This document shows, piece by piece, positions 30,934 to 39,915 of a stretch of 64,000 nt of DNA. Under the pieces are notes generated by a model. That model did no database searches, was not told where the DNA came from, and worked only from the letters and a program-made list of their open reading frames with translations. Every line of letters begins with the position of its first letter. The first letter of the stretch is position 1. The position numbers and the translations under genes were made by a program. The DNA lies in NCBI GenBank assembly GCA_965208105.1, contig OZ242318.1, positions 3,840,001-3,904,000 on the forward strand, written 5' to 3'. This stretch comes from Candidatus Latescibacterota bacterium. Lineage in GTDB: Bacteria > Latescibacterota > UBA2968 > UBA8231.

Positions 30934-31479
30934 ATGTCCTGGACCGGATCGCGCTTGCTATTCTGCTATGTCCTGGCACTAGGTCTGGCTGGCTGTACGC
31001 GAGAAGGCGAGAATCCATCGCCTTTCGACATCCAAAAGGGTATTGTTCAGGAGCCGTTTGATATCGCCGTTACCTATTTTACCTGGGATTCCAGAAAGGT
31101 ACAGGGGGCCGACCTTGACGGCTATGGGGCAGAGGTCGAAAATGCCGGAACCGATACCCTTGACTTCTACAAGATCGAACTTTTTTTTGACGATAAGCTT
31201 GTTCATCGCCTTGAAAACCGGCCTGATTGGCATCCCGGTCCGCTGGCCCCGGGTGAAGAACACTGTAGAGGGTGGGGCAATGCGTGGGGAAACCCTCCCA
31301 ACAATGCACCGAAAGAACCAGGACGCTACAGCTACCGGGTAGTGGCCAGTTTACCGAGCCGCTACGCTGAAAAAAATCTCTCCAACAACGAACTTACCGG
31401 CTTTTTCGAGATAGGGGGCAGCTCCAAACCGGCGATTCTCTTTTCATCGAAGGCTCTGGTCGGATGCCGACGGTATTAG
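30934..31479 (+). CDS. Putative CARDB-like lipoprotein (copy L6), tandem duplicate of L5
   Basis: Lipobox LAGC; shares N- and C-terminal DNA with L5, both end LVGCRRY*. Confidence 0.75.
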   Translation: MSWTGSRLLFCYVLALGLAGCTREGENPSPFDIQKGIVQEPFDIAVTYFTWDSRKVQGADLDGYGAEVENAGTDTLDFYKIELFFDDKLVHRLENRPDWHPGPLAPGEEHCRGWGNAWGNPPNNAPKEPGRYSYRVVASLPSRYAEKNLSNNELTGFFEIGGSSKPAILFSSKALVGCRRY

Positions 31480-31612
31480 GCCATAGGGTAGGAAGGCCGG
31501 TGCTCGATTCGGCCGGTGGTGTTCAGAAAGACAGAAACCTGTCGTCGTTTGCAGCGCAGAGATTGGCCGACGGTTTTGAGGACCTCCATCAGCAACCATA
31601 CTTTGGGTTACC

Positions 31613-33004
31613 ATGAAAGGTGCTTGTCGATGGTTTTCCCTCGCGCCGCGCAACAGCCATCGGCGGTTGTGGTACTTCGTGATCCTTGCCCTGTTGGTAC
31701 ACGGAGTGCTGGTGGCAGTGATCACTGTTCGCACGCTGGAGCAGAACAGGGAGCGGGAGCTTTCGAGTCGTTTCGTCAAACGCCGACCACTGAAACAGCC
31801 CGTATTGAGGCGCCAGGTGGAACGGCCATTCCCGCTGCGCCCCATGCAGCGATCGATTCAGCCTTTCCTTCCTTTTACCCGCGCCATCGCGCAGCACACA
31901 CCCGATCCGAGACCTCCTGAACTCCTCGCTCACCGCGAGGCTGTCTCCTTGCCGCCGCGGCCGATGGGATTCCCCAGTGGTTTTCCCGCCTCGAGGAGCT
32001 TGCGCTCTGAGCCGTCCAAAGTGTCGGTGCAAGCGGAGAACTACCTGGACCTGGGATTGGAGTTGCTGGATGTGGAGGCGCTGGACACGGGACGCCATCG
32101 TGCGCTTGTAGTGGAAGATCCAATCGACCGCCGCAAGCTCAAAGGATTCGTCCATTTTTCAGCAGTACTGATAGAATCCGTATTCGAGAGCGCCGCCAAT
32201 CTGGGTCATTTCGCTCGAACCTCTGCTTATTCTGTGGACAGGCAAATTACCTATGTCCCCGATTGGCGTCATTCGGCCAACGTGAAAGCCCTTCAGGGCC
32301 TGGCGAGCGAGATAGAGGAAAAAACCGGGCTCAAGGCAGTGGTGGACGAGGACATAAGTCTGGATGCTTCCGAACTGCTGTCCAGCCCCTTCATCCTGCT
32401 CACCAGCACTCACGAGTTCGAACCGACCGAGGGGGAAATCAACAACCTGGGCCGCTACCTTACTTCCGGAGGGTTCGCCTACGTCGAGCAAGTGGGTACG
32501 AATAGAGAAGGATGGACATCCGGTAGTTTCCCCGAGCTGATTTCCCTTCGCCACCTGGTGGGTCGCGCTCTAGCCAGTCGGGGTCTTCGCGAAGGAAAGG
32601 ACTGGAGTTTTGAACCGTTGACCGGCGAGCATCCGCTATTTGCAGCGTATTATAGTCTGCACAGGGTGCCGACAAGCTACTGGGAATCCATTTACAGACC
32701 TCCTGACCATGTGGGCCATAGTCGCCATACGCCAAGGACCGCAGATATACCGCCCTACGTTGAAGGAGTACATTTGAACGGTCGTCTGGTCGCGATATAC
32801 TCCAGGCAGAACTACAGGGATTTCTGGTACCGGCGTCCCGAGCAGAATCTGACCAACGCATCGGACTACGTGCTGTCGAACTTTGTAGATGTTGCCACTC
32901 ACAAACCCAGCAGCGATCCCGCCATTCGATTCGGGATCAATGTGGTCGTGTTTGCTCTGACACAGGAAGGTTCCCTTGCCCGACGATATGTCAGAGCGCG
33001 GTAA
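31613..33004 (+). CDS. DUF4159-domain protein (divergent copy D4)
   Basis: Same architecture: ALLVHG TM, FVKRRPL, LDTGR, FGINVVVFALTQEGS. Confidence 0.82.
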   Translation: MKGACRWFSLAPRNSHRRLWYFVILALLVHGVLVAVITVRTLEQNRERELSSRFVKRRPLKQPVLRRQVERPFPLRPMQRSIQPFLPFTRAIAQHTPDPRPPELLAHREAVSLPPRPMGFPSGFPASRSLRSEPSKVSVQAENYLDLGLELLDVEALDTGRHRALVVEDPIDRRKLKGFVHFSAVLIESVFESAANLGHFARTSAYSVDRQITYVPDWRHSANVKALQGLASEIEEKTGLKAVVDEDISLDASELLSSPFILLTSTHEFEPTEGEINNLGRYLTSGGFAYVEQVGTNREGWTSGSFPELISLRHLVGRALASRGLREGKDWSFEPLTGEHPLFAAYYSLHRVPTSYWESIYRPPDHVGHSRHTPRTADIPPYVEGVHLNGRLVAIYSRQNYRDFWYRRPEQNLTNASDYVLSNFVDVATHKPSSDPAIRFGINVVVFALTQEGSLARRYVRAR

Positions 33005-33016
33005 GGCCGCAGCACA

Positions 33017-34705
33017 ATGATACGCCTCGGGATATTGATCAGGGTCCTTCCCATTTTCGGATTTGTGGGTTACAGCTCTGCACAAGAGTGGTTCATTGCG
33101 GGGAAAGAGGAATTTCTTCAGGGCAACCTCAATGGTCTGGAAGTGACGGAAGCGGGGATGCTCCGGCTCACTTCCTTCGAGGGCGTCGACTTCGCCCTGG
33201 GGACCCAAGCCTTTTCCGATGGCACCATTCTGCCGAGAGGCAGCGAGATTACGGACGGAAACCTCGCCACCGAGTGGGATTTCGACGAGGATCCCAAAGT
33301 GGTCGGAAAGACCATCGACCTCGATCTGGGAGGCAACCGGCTCGTCAACCAGGTGCGAGTCCTGCCCGGCTCCGGTGTCGGTGCCGATAACCCGGAGTAT
33401 TTCGTCAAGGGATACCGCGTCGAGGTTGCCCCTGAAGAAGCGCCTGATGCGTTCACCGTGGTGGCGGAGGAATTTGTCAATCAAAATCCACTGATAGATA
33501 CGACCGCCGATGGTACCTGGCTGCGCTACGCCGATGGCGCACCGGTTGCCGCCCTGGGCCGCTACCTGCGCGTCACCATTACCCGGCAGGATCTGCCCAA
33601 CTGGGCCGTCATCGGGGACGTAGAGGTGTTCGGCACCGGGTTTCAAGCCCGGGGTGAGTATCTGTCACCGGTTCATAAATTCACAGATCTGGTAAATGTC
33701 GGGGTTGGGTTTTTCGAGGCCAAAGCCCTTCCCGGAACTCGCTTGCGAATGCAGTTCCGGGGGGCCATAGTAGAAGGTGGTTATCCATCATGGGACGAGT
33801 TGCCTTATTTTGAGCCGGAAAAAGGGGAGGAAGGGGTTTATTTTCCCGTCCAGGATCCGATCCAATTCATTCAGTATCGCTGCCAGCTGGAAACGAGCGA
33901 TCCCCATATCACCCCGAATCTCCAAAATGTACGGGTAGGTTTCGATCCGCGTCTCCTGGCCTCATTGACCAGGGGCAGCATTTCCCCCCAAGTGGTTCCT
34001 ATGGGGGAGTCCGCTCGTTTTACCTATTCTGCCATGCTTTTTCGGCCAGAGGGAGCCTACCCGACGGATCTTCTGGTCCTGGATCGTCCCGGTCGGCTGG
34101 AAGAACTTCTATTGGATGAGAGGGCGGTTCCAACCGAGCAGTACCAGGTCTTGACGGAGGTGGGTTCACTGGAGGCGTCCAACTTGGCTATTCGGCTTGA
34201 TCCTGCATTAAGTAGCTCGAATTTCAGAGAGGTTCAGATCGGCTTTTCCACGTCGTTCTTCTCCGGGACCGAGGGGGTCGATCTGTTCGTGGGATCGATT
34301 CAAGAGGGTGCAGATCCAAAGAACTTGCAGAAAATAGCTCCAATACGAGAGGGCAGCACTCTAGTGAGGGTTGTCGGCGTAGTGAATGAGTTGGTGCCCT
34401 CTGCCAGCGTGGCGATCCGGCCGCGCGTGTTCAGGCCGGACCGCGGCGGCGCTGCGCGCATCGAGTTCGATCTGACCAAGGTACTGGTGTCCGTGCCCGT
34501 GACCGTCACCATCCACGACCTCTCCGGCCGCAGGGTTTGCACCGTGGTCGATCGGGAGCTGGTGTCGGCGAATGAGGTCTCGATCCCCTGGGACGGCTAC
34601 GATGATCACGGCGGCGTCCTTGCCCCCGGGATCTACATGTGCAGGATCCGCGTCCACGCCCAGGAATCGGTGACCCTCGTCCGTTTCCTGGGCATCGCCT
34701 ATTGA
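33017..34705 (+). CDS. Discoidin/FlgD-Ig secreted protein (divergent copy F3)
   Basis: TDGNLATEW, DLGGNRLV, IHDLSGRRV, WDG-D--G-LAPGIY, ends GIAY. Confidence 0.8.
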   Translation: MIRLGILIRVLPIFGFVGYSSAQEWFIAGKEEFLQGNLNGLEVTEAGMLRLTSFEGVDFALGTQAFSDGTILPRGSEITDGNLATEWDFDEDPKVVGKTIDLDLGGNRLVNQVRVLPGSGVGADNPEYFVKGYRVEVAPEEAPDAFTVVAEEFVNQNPLIDTTADGTWLRYADGAPVAALGRYLRVTITRQDLPNWAVIGDVEVFGTGFQARGEYLSPVHKFTDLVNVGVGFFEAKALPGTRLRMQFRGAIVEGGYPSWDELPYFEPEKGEEGVYFPVQDPIQFIQYRCQLETSDPHITPNLQNVRVGFDPRLLASLTRGSISPQVVPMGESARFTYSAMLFRPEGAYPTDLLVLDRPGRLEELLLDERAVPTEQYQVLTEVGSLEASNLAIRLDPALSSSNFREVQIGFSTSFFSGTEGVDLFVGSIQEGADPKNLQKIAPIREGSTLVRVVGVVNELVPSASVAIRPRVFRPDRGGAARIEFDLTKVLVSVPVTVTIHDLSGRRVCTVVDRELVSANEVSIPWDGYDDHGGVLAPGIYMCRIRVHAQESVTLVRFLGIAY

Positions 34706-34707
34706 GG

Positions 34708-37356
34708 ATGTCCAGGTATGTCGTGACTCGGCAATTCCCAATCACGCTGTTGGTCCTCTCTCTTGCTTCAGGAGTCCTCGGCCTGGAGGCGGACTTCAGG
34801 GGTTTTCTCCAACGCCCCGGGATGGAAGCCTACCGCAACTACGCGGAGTACTCCTACCATAACTACCGCTCCCTTTTCCGGGTCGACCCGCGCTACAACT
34901 TCTTCGGAGATTTTCTTGCGGTAGGCTTTCGCGCCTTCAGATTGAATGACCAGAACCCCGGAAAGAGCCTCATTTCCAAGGACGGGGTCTACCGCGCCAT
35001 GTTCAGCAATTTGCTCATGGCGCGCAACTCCTACGGGCGCCTCAACCTGGCCCTGACCGTCGGTGACAAGGTGCGCACCCACCTGACTCCCCTGACCATG
35101 CAGCGGGCCAGCTTCAACGGTCTGCGCTGGGAGATCGAGTTCGCCAACAACCGGGTGACTCTGCTCAGCTCGCGCGGCTTCGACAATTCGGAGTTCCCGG
35201 CTTTCCCCAGCTTTTCTACTCCCATCGACGACGATTTCACCGACTTCCAGGGCGATTTGAACCGGGAATTCGTTATCGAAGAGGACAACCCGGTCTACAC
35301 CTTCGGCGGCCACTGGGAAACCCAGGCGGGGGACGTGCTCACCCTGGGAATGACCTTTCTCAACCAGCGGCAGGTCAATTTCGGAGCCTTTCGCCAAGAC
35401 AGCTTCTTCGCCGGCAGCGTGCCTTATCCCGAAATGTTGTCCCCTGAGAAGCTGATGCTGCGCATCACCGACGACTCCCCTCGCAGTACGGAACATGGCG
35501 CCACCATATTTTCCGTCTTTCTGGAAATGGAGGGGACTATGGGTGGAGTGAACGCCACAATCAGCAGCGATCCACTCAGCCCCCATTTCGACGAGTCGCT
35601 GCAGCCTCTGGTGAGGGGCGTGGCGAAGAAGGATGAAAGGTGGGACATTCGCGGCGACGAGGAACTGATCATAACTTTCGAGCTGCCGATAGGAACTCCT
35701 TCAAAACGCGCCCGCTTCGTCGTGGCGGCGGCCAACGACTATCGCATCGCCGCGGCGCAGGAACACCTGTTCTACCAGACCGGAAATTCGCGCACGACCC
35801 CGTACATGACCCTGCGCCGCGCCGCCGGAGAGGTGAGCGACGGCTCCAACTTCCGGGAGCTGGTGATCGACTACGGTCTCAACAGCGGCCAGACCTTCTA
35901 CGGCATGGACTTCGCCGCCGACCTGGCGGGATTCAAGCTGCGCGGCGAGGTGTCGAAAAACACCCTCTACCGCAAGTACCCGATCATTTCCGGCCGCAGC
36001 CTGCGCCGCGATACCGGGGCCTGGTACCTGCAGGCGGTAAGGACCTTTCCGCGCCTGCGCCGGCTTTCCTTCGGCGCCGAGTTCTTCCACCTCGGCCCGC
36101 GCTACGGCGGCGGCTACGACAGCCGCCGCGGCGGCGTGGTGCTCTACACCGACACGGGGGGAGACGGCATCAGTCAGGTGGTGGCCGAGTTCCCCCTGGT
36201 GGACGACAACGACGACAACGACCGCTACTCCGACGACAACAAAAACGACTTCCCCGGCTCCTTCGACCTGGAATCGGGGGTCTACCCGGGGCTCGACGAA
36301 GACAACGACAACATCCCCGACGACGACCGCAACGCCAACGGCATCCCCGATTTCGAGGAGCCCTTCCTGCTCTACCATTCCGACCCCCAGGAGTTCGTCT
36401 ATGGCCTGGACCTGAACAACAACGGGGTCATCGACGTGCGCGAGAACGACAACAAGCCCGACTATCCCTACGACCGCGACCGCCGCGGCCGCCACTACAC
36501 CGTGGCCCTGCAGCCTTTGCCGCAGCTGGAGGTGGGGGCGGGTCACTACCGCATCCGCGCGTTGGCCGACCCCGGGCGCACCGTCTCCACCTACCTGCGC
36601 GCCGCCTACTCTTACGCCCACCCCGAGAGGCTGGAGATCGAGCTCAACCACGACTCCAAGCGGGTCAGGGACACTATTCCCGATTCGGTCTACGTCTTCG
36701 ATCCGGCCCGCATCGTGACGCCCCTGGAACCGCCGGACCCCGATCCCCTGCTGCAACAGAACAGTTGGGTGCACACCTCCTTTGCCGGGGTGCGCTGGAG
36801 CCGCTGGGCGCCGCTCTACCTGGAGGCCAATTTCAGACAGGTCCTCAACCGCCTGTTCGACCTGGGCCACACGCGGGTGTCGGAGCGCGACCGCCGGGTG
36901 ACCCGGACCATGGTCAACAAGGTGGACTATCGGATGGAGTGGGGCCGCTTCACGGTGATGCCCATGTACAAGCGCCTGTGGCGGCGGGTGGATCTGGACT
37001 CCCGGGAGGGTGCGGCGGTGCATGAGGTGCAGTCGGCGCCGATGCTGCGGGTGGACTACCGGGTGAGCGGAGACATGAAGGTGCAGATGGGCCAGCAGGG
37101 ACTGCGGCTTCCCTTCCTGGGCATGGACCGTGTGCTGGCGTTTCACCTGGACGACCAGGTGCGGCGCTACCGCAGCTACACCTCCACCGACTTCATGTTC
37201 ATGCTCACGTTGAAGGGCAGCTACCTGGGCAACGTGCTGACGACCAACTCGGGGATTCAACTGCACAGCCGCCGGTTCGACCAGATCGGGGCGGGGTCGG
37301 ATCTCAAGTTCACCCGCTTCTTCGTGGAAGTGGTGGCCGGATTCGAGCATTTCTGA
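34708..37356 (+). CDS. Asp-rich putative outer-membrane protein (copy B3)
   Basis: Paralogue of B1/B2; ATG 34708 gives a signal peptide; ends FFVEVVAGFEHF. Confidence 0.72.
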   Translation: MSRYVVTRQFPITLLVLSLASGVLGLEADFRGFLQRPGMEAYRNYAEYSYHNYRSLFRVDPRYNFFGDFLAVGFRAFRLNDQNPGKSLISKDGVYRAMFSNLLMARNSYGRLNLALTVGDKVRTHLTPLTMQRASFNGLRWEIEFANNRVTLLSSRGFDNSEFPAFPSFSTPIDDDFTDFQGDLNREFVIEEDNPVYTFGGHWETQAGDVLTLGMTFLNQRQVNFGAFRQDSFFAGSVPYPEMLSPEKLMLRITDDSPRSTEHGATIFSVFLEMEGTMGGVNATISSDPLSPHFDESLQPLVRGVAKKDERWDIRGDEELIITFELPIGTPSKRARFVVAAANDYRIAAAQEHLFYQTGNSRTTPYMTLRRAAGEVSDGSNFRELVIDYGLNSGQTFYGMDFAADLAGFKLRGEVSKNTLYRKYPIISGRSLRRDTGAWYLQAVRTFPRLRRLSFGAEFFHLGPRYGGGYDSRRGGVVLYTDTGGDGISQVVAEFPLVDDNDDNDRYSDDNKNDFPGSFDLESGVYPGLDEDNDNIPDDDRNANGIPDFEEPFLLYHSDPQEFVYGLDLNNNGVIDVRENDNKPDYPYDRDRRGRHYTVALQPLPQLEVGAGHYRIRALADPGRTVSTYLRAAYSYAHPERLEIELNHDSKRVRDTIPDSVYVFDPARIVTPLEPPDPDPLLQQNSWVHTSFAGVRWSRWAPLYLEANFRQVLNRLFDLGHTRVSERDRRVTRTMVNKVDYRMEWGRFTVMPMYKRLWRRVDLDSREGAAVHEVQSAPMLRVDYRVSGDMKVQMGQQGLRLPFLGMDRVLAFHLDDQVRRYRSYTSTDFMFMLTLKGSYLGNVLTTNSGIQLHSRRFDQIGAGSDLKFTRFFVEVVAGFEHF

Positions 37357-37414
37357 GCGGAGCCTTCGCCCATGACTCTCATAACCATGTTGTTCGACTT
37401 TCCTGATAACCGAT

Positions 37415-37555
37415 CTGCCGGCCGCGGGTCCAGTTTGCCGCGCAGGACGCCGAGCTGGTCACCGGCCGCGGCGACCGGCTGCGGCCCTGGGGCACGCAGA
37501 AGGGGGAGGCGGTGCACACCTTCGAGGAGAGTACTACCGCGCCCGGCGCGGCCCT
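37415..37555 (+). pseudogene. Internal fragment of the 29514-30248 lipoprotein gene
   Basis: cgcaggacgccgagctggtcacc...ccctggggcacgcagaagggggaggcgg nearly identical to ~29855-29990, with indels. Confidence 0.8.
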
Positions 37556-37684
37556 GTTGGCGCCGGCTACGCGGCTGCATCCAACTGACTCAGGAGGCGG
37601 GATCGACTCGGGCCGGAGAGGGGCGCCGGCAATGGATGCGAGGGTGACGGACGAACCGCGTGACTTGGGGCAGGTGTTGGAGCT

Positions 37685-37915
37685 TCAGGTCCACAATCTG
37701 AGCACAATATTGAGCAGGGTCAGGCCGGCCCCTATGACCAGCATCAACAGACGCAGGCTTCCCTTGAATTCGGCGAGTCCAGTTTTAAGGCCCCCAATAT
37801 CCGTTTTGATTTCGGCCTTGAGCTCGGCGATGTCTGCCTTGGTGGCCAAATGTTCGTAGGCCGCTTCGAGCCGGCTGAGACGTTCTTCCGTCGTGGGTGG
37901 GGTAGGGTTGTTCAT
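37685..37915 (-). CDS. Small coiled-coil protein with C-terminal TM helix (DUF1640/CCDC90-like)
   Basis: HLATKADI motif, heptad pattern, hydrophobic tail; RBS GAGG. Confidence 0.7.
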   Translation of the reverse strand: MNNPTPPTTEERLSRLEAAYEHLATKADIAELKAEIKTDIGGLKTGLAEFKGSLRLLMLVIGAGLTLLNIVLRLWT

Positions 37916-38086
37916 GCCTCGCGATCCTTTCCGGGGGAAAGGTAATCCACTTTCCGCCCTTTGTCACCTTTTGTTTGCAACTTCAGTCTATATTGCCCAA
38001 TTGTTACGCTATTCAATTTATTCAAGCAATTTCCCGGCCTGAGTCGGCCGATTGAGCATAATTTTCCCTACTGTTCCCTGGCCGTG

Positions 38087-38115
38087 TTGTTCGGTTTTCT
38101 CTTTTGTCCTATATT
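38087..38115 (+). promoter_or_regulatory. Putative sigma70 promoter of tRNA-Val
   Basis: TTGTTC-17 nt-TATATT upstream of the tRNA. Confidence 0.4.
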
Positions 38116-38162
38116 CTGGATCCGCTTGAATAAATGGATGCCGTGGAGAACCGGTTTGGAGA

Positions 38163-38239
38163 GGGCGATTAGCTCAGGTGGTTAGAGTGCCTGCTTGACA
38201 TGCAGGAGGTCGCTGGTTCAAGTCCAGCATCGCCCACCA
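38163..38239 (+). tRNA. tRNA-Val (GAC)
   Basis: Acceptor GGGCGAT/ATCGCCC, D-arm AGCTCAGGTGGTTAGAG, anticodon arm CCTGC-TTGACAT-GCAGG, T-loop GGTTCAAGTCC, encoded CCA. Confidence 0.97.
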
Positions 38240-38251
38240 CTTTCTTTCCCA

Positions 38252-38287
38252 AGACTTGCGCGACTCGGGCGCAAGTCTCTTTTTTTG
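38252..38287 (+). terminator. Rho-independent terminator after tRNA-Val
   Basis: AGACTTGCGC/GCGCAAGTCT stem followed by a T-run. Confidence 0.85.
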
Positions 38288-38360
38288 GCGTTTCCCACCC
38301 ACGAGCCGTCGGCCTTCAGGGGCCGCTGGCTGAAGATTCCCGGCGAGGAGCCTGTTCCCG

Positions 38361-39866
38361 ATGAAACATCTTTTCATCGACGACCACGAGGTCGAGTCGA
38401 TCCACAACCTGGCGCGCAAGCTGCACCAGCCCGAAAAGTTCCACGCCAACGCCGTTGTCCGGCCCGAGTACCGCTGGGAAAACCAGATGATCCGCATGGG
38501 GGGATCGGTGGCCTGGGACCCGGAGGACCGGTTGTTCAAGCTCATCTACCTGGGCACGGCCGCCGCCCCCGTTTCCACCGTGGGAAGCGCTGCCGCCCTG
38601 AAGCTGCACCCGGCAGGCGACGCCGGGGCGGCGAAGAGTTTCTCCTGTTACGCCACCTCGACCGACGGGGTCAACTGGGAGAAGCCATTTCTGGGCCTGC
38701 ACGACTACGAAGAGCTGACCTGGGACGGCAAGCGCATCGGCACCGCGAACAATATCCTGCCTTCGATCAACGGCACCCTGCGCGGCCCCATCTACGATGC
38801 TGCCGAGCCCGACCCGGGACGGCGCTTCAAGGGCCTCTCCTATCGCAGCGGCGGATTGTACACCCTGGTCTCGGCCGATGGCATGCACTGGCGGGAGCTG
38901 GACCTTCCGCCCCAGCCCAGCGCCGATGTCTCGGAGTTGTACCTGGACGAAACCCGCAACCTGTTCATCTCCACCGTCAAGCATCGCGGGCCTTACGGCC
39001 GCTCCTTCTACCTGTCCACCAGCGAGGACTTCCAAAGCTGGAGCGAGCAGGAGCTGATCTTTCACGCCGACCAGACCGACCAGGAGAACGGCTTTGCGCG
39101 CCTGCGCAAATTCTTCGACGATCCCGCCTATCTCACCCCGGTCTACAACCGCCCCGAGGAGTGGCGCACCGACATCTACCACTTTCCGGTGTTCCGCTAC
39201 GAAGATCTCTACCTGGCCATGCCGGTCATGCACCACTGGGCCGGCAAGCGCCCCCCGCTCTACGAGAACGTGGACAGCCGCAAATCGGTGGAGCTGGCTT
39301 CGAGCCGCGATCTGCGCCACTGGGAGCGGGTGGCCGGGCGCGCTCCCTTTCTGGAGCTTTCACCCGTGGGGGACCGAAGCCGCTATGATACGGGACAGAT
39401 CGGCATCACCAACGGGGTGGTGCGGCGCAACGGCCAGCTCTGGTTCTACTACGCCGGCCTGCGCCACCGCGCCCTTTCCATCGCCGACCAGCTCTGTCAG
39501 GGATACCTGGACAGCTCGGCGGTGTGCATGGCGAGGCTGCGGATGGACGGCTTCGTTTCCCTCAAGGGGGGTTCCGAGTGGGGCTCGGTGCTGACCAGGC
39601 CGGTGGCCATAGACGGCAGGGAGCTGCACCTCAACGTGGATTCATGGCGCGGCCAGGTGAAGGTGGAGGTGCTGGACTCCGAGGAGCACAGGCCTCTGGA
39701 GGGCTACGGCGCCGAAGAGAGCATCCCCGCGACCGTCGACAGCATCGACGCCGTGGCGCGCTGGAAGGGGAAGCCGGATCTGGCGGAACTGGAGGGGCGC
39801 ACGGTTTGCCTGCGCTTCAGTATTCTGCGCGGCGAACTCTACGCGTTCTGGTTCGGCGACGGGTAG
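38361..39866 (+). CDS. Hypothetical protein, GH32-like beta-propeller family
   Basis: HLFIDD start, YATSTDGVNWEKP-LG, SADG-HW, ASSRD--HW, ARLR-DGFVSL, LRF...LYAFWF. Confidence 0.75.
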   Translation: MKHLFIDDHEVESIHNLARKLHQPEKFHANAVVRPEYRWENQMIRMGGSVAWDPEDRLFKLIYLGTAAAPVSTVGSAAALKLHPAGDAGAAKSFSCYATSTDGVNWEKPFLGLHDYEELTWDGKRIGTANNILPSINGTLRGPIYDAAEPDPGRRFKGLSYRSGGLYTLVSADGMHWRELDLPPQPSADVSELYLDETRNLFISTVKHRGPYGRSFYLSTSEDFQSWSEQELIFHADQTDQENGFARLRKFFDDPAYLTPVYNRPEEWRTDIYHFPVFRYEDLYLAMPVMHHWAGKRPPLYENVDSRKSVELASSRDLRHWERVAGRAPFLELSPVGDRSRYDTGQIGITNGVVRRNGQLWFYYAGLRHRALSIADQLCQGYLDSSAVCMARLRMDGFVSLKGGSEWGSVLTRPVAIDGRELHLNVDSWRGQVKVEVLDSEEHRPLEGYGAEESIPATVDSIDAVARWKGKPDLAELEGRTVCLRFSILRGELYAFWFGDG

Positions 39867-39915
39867 CGGCGGGCGAGAAGGGACGGCGCAGCAGCAGCTC
39901 GAGCGAGAGCACCCC

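Noticed and set aside
38163-38239. tRNA-Val as integration site of the 28-kb locus
   Set aside because: No integrase, no duplicated tRNA 3' end found, and the locus lies 5' of the tRNA
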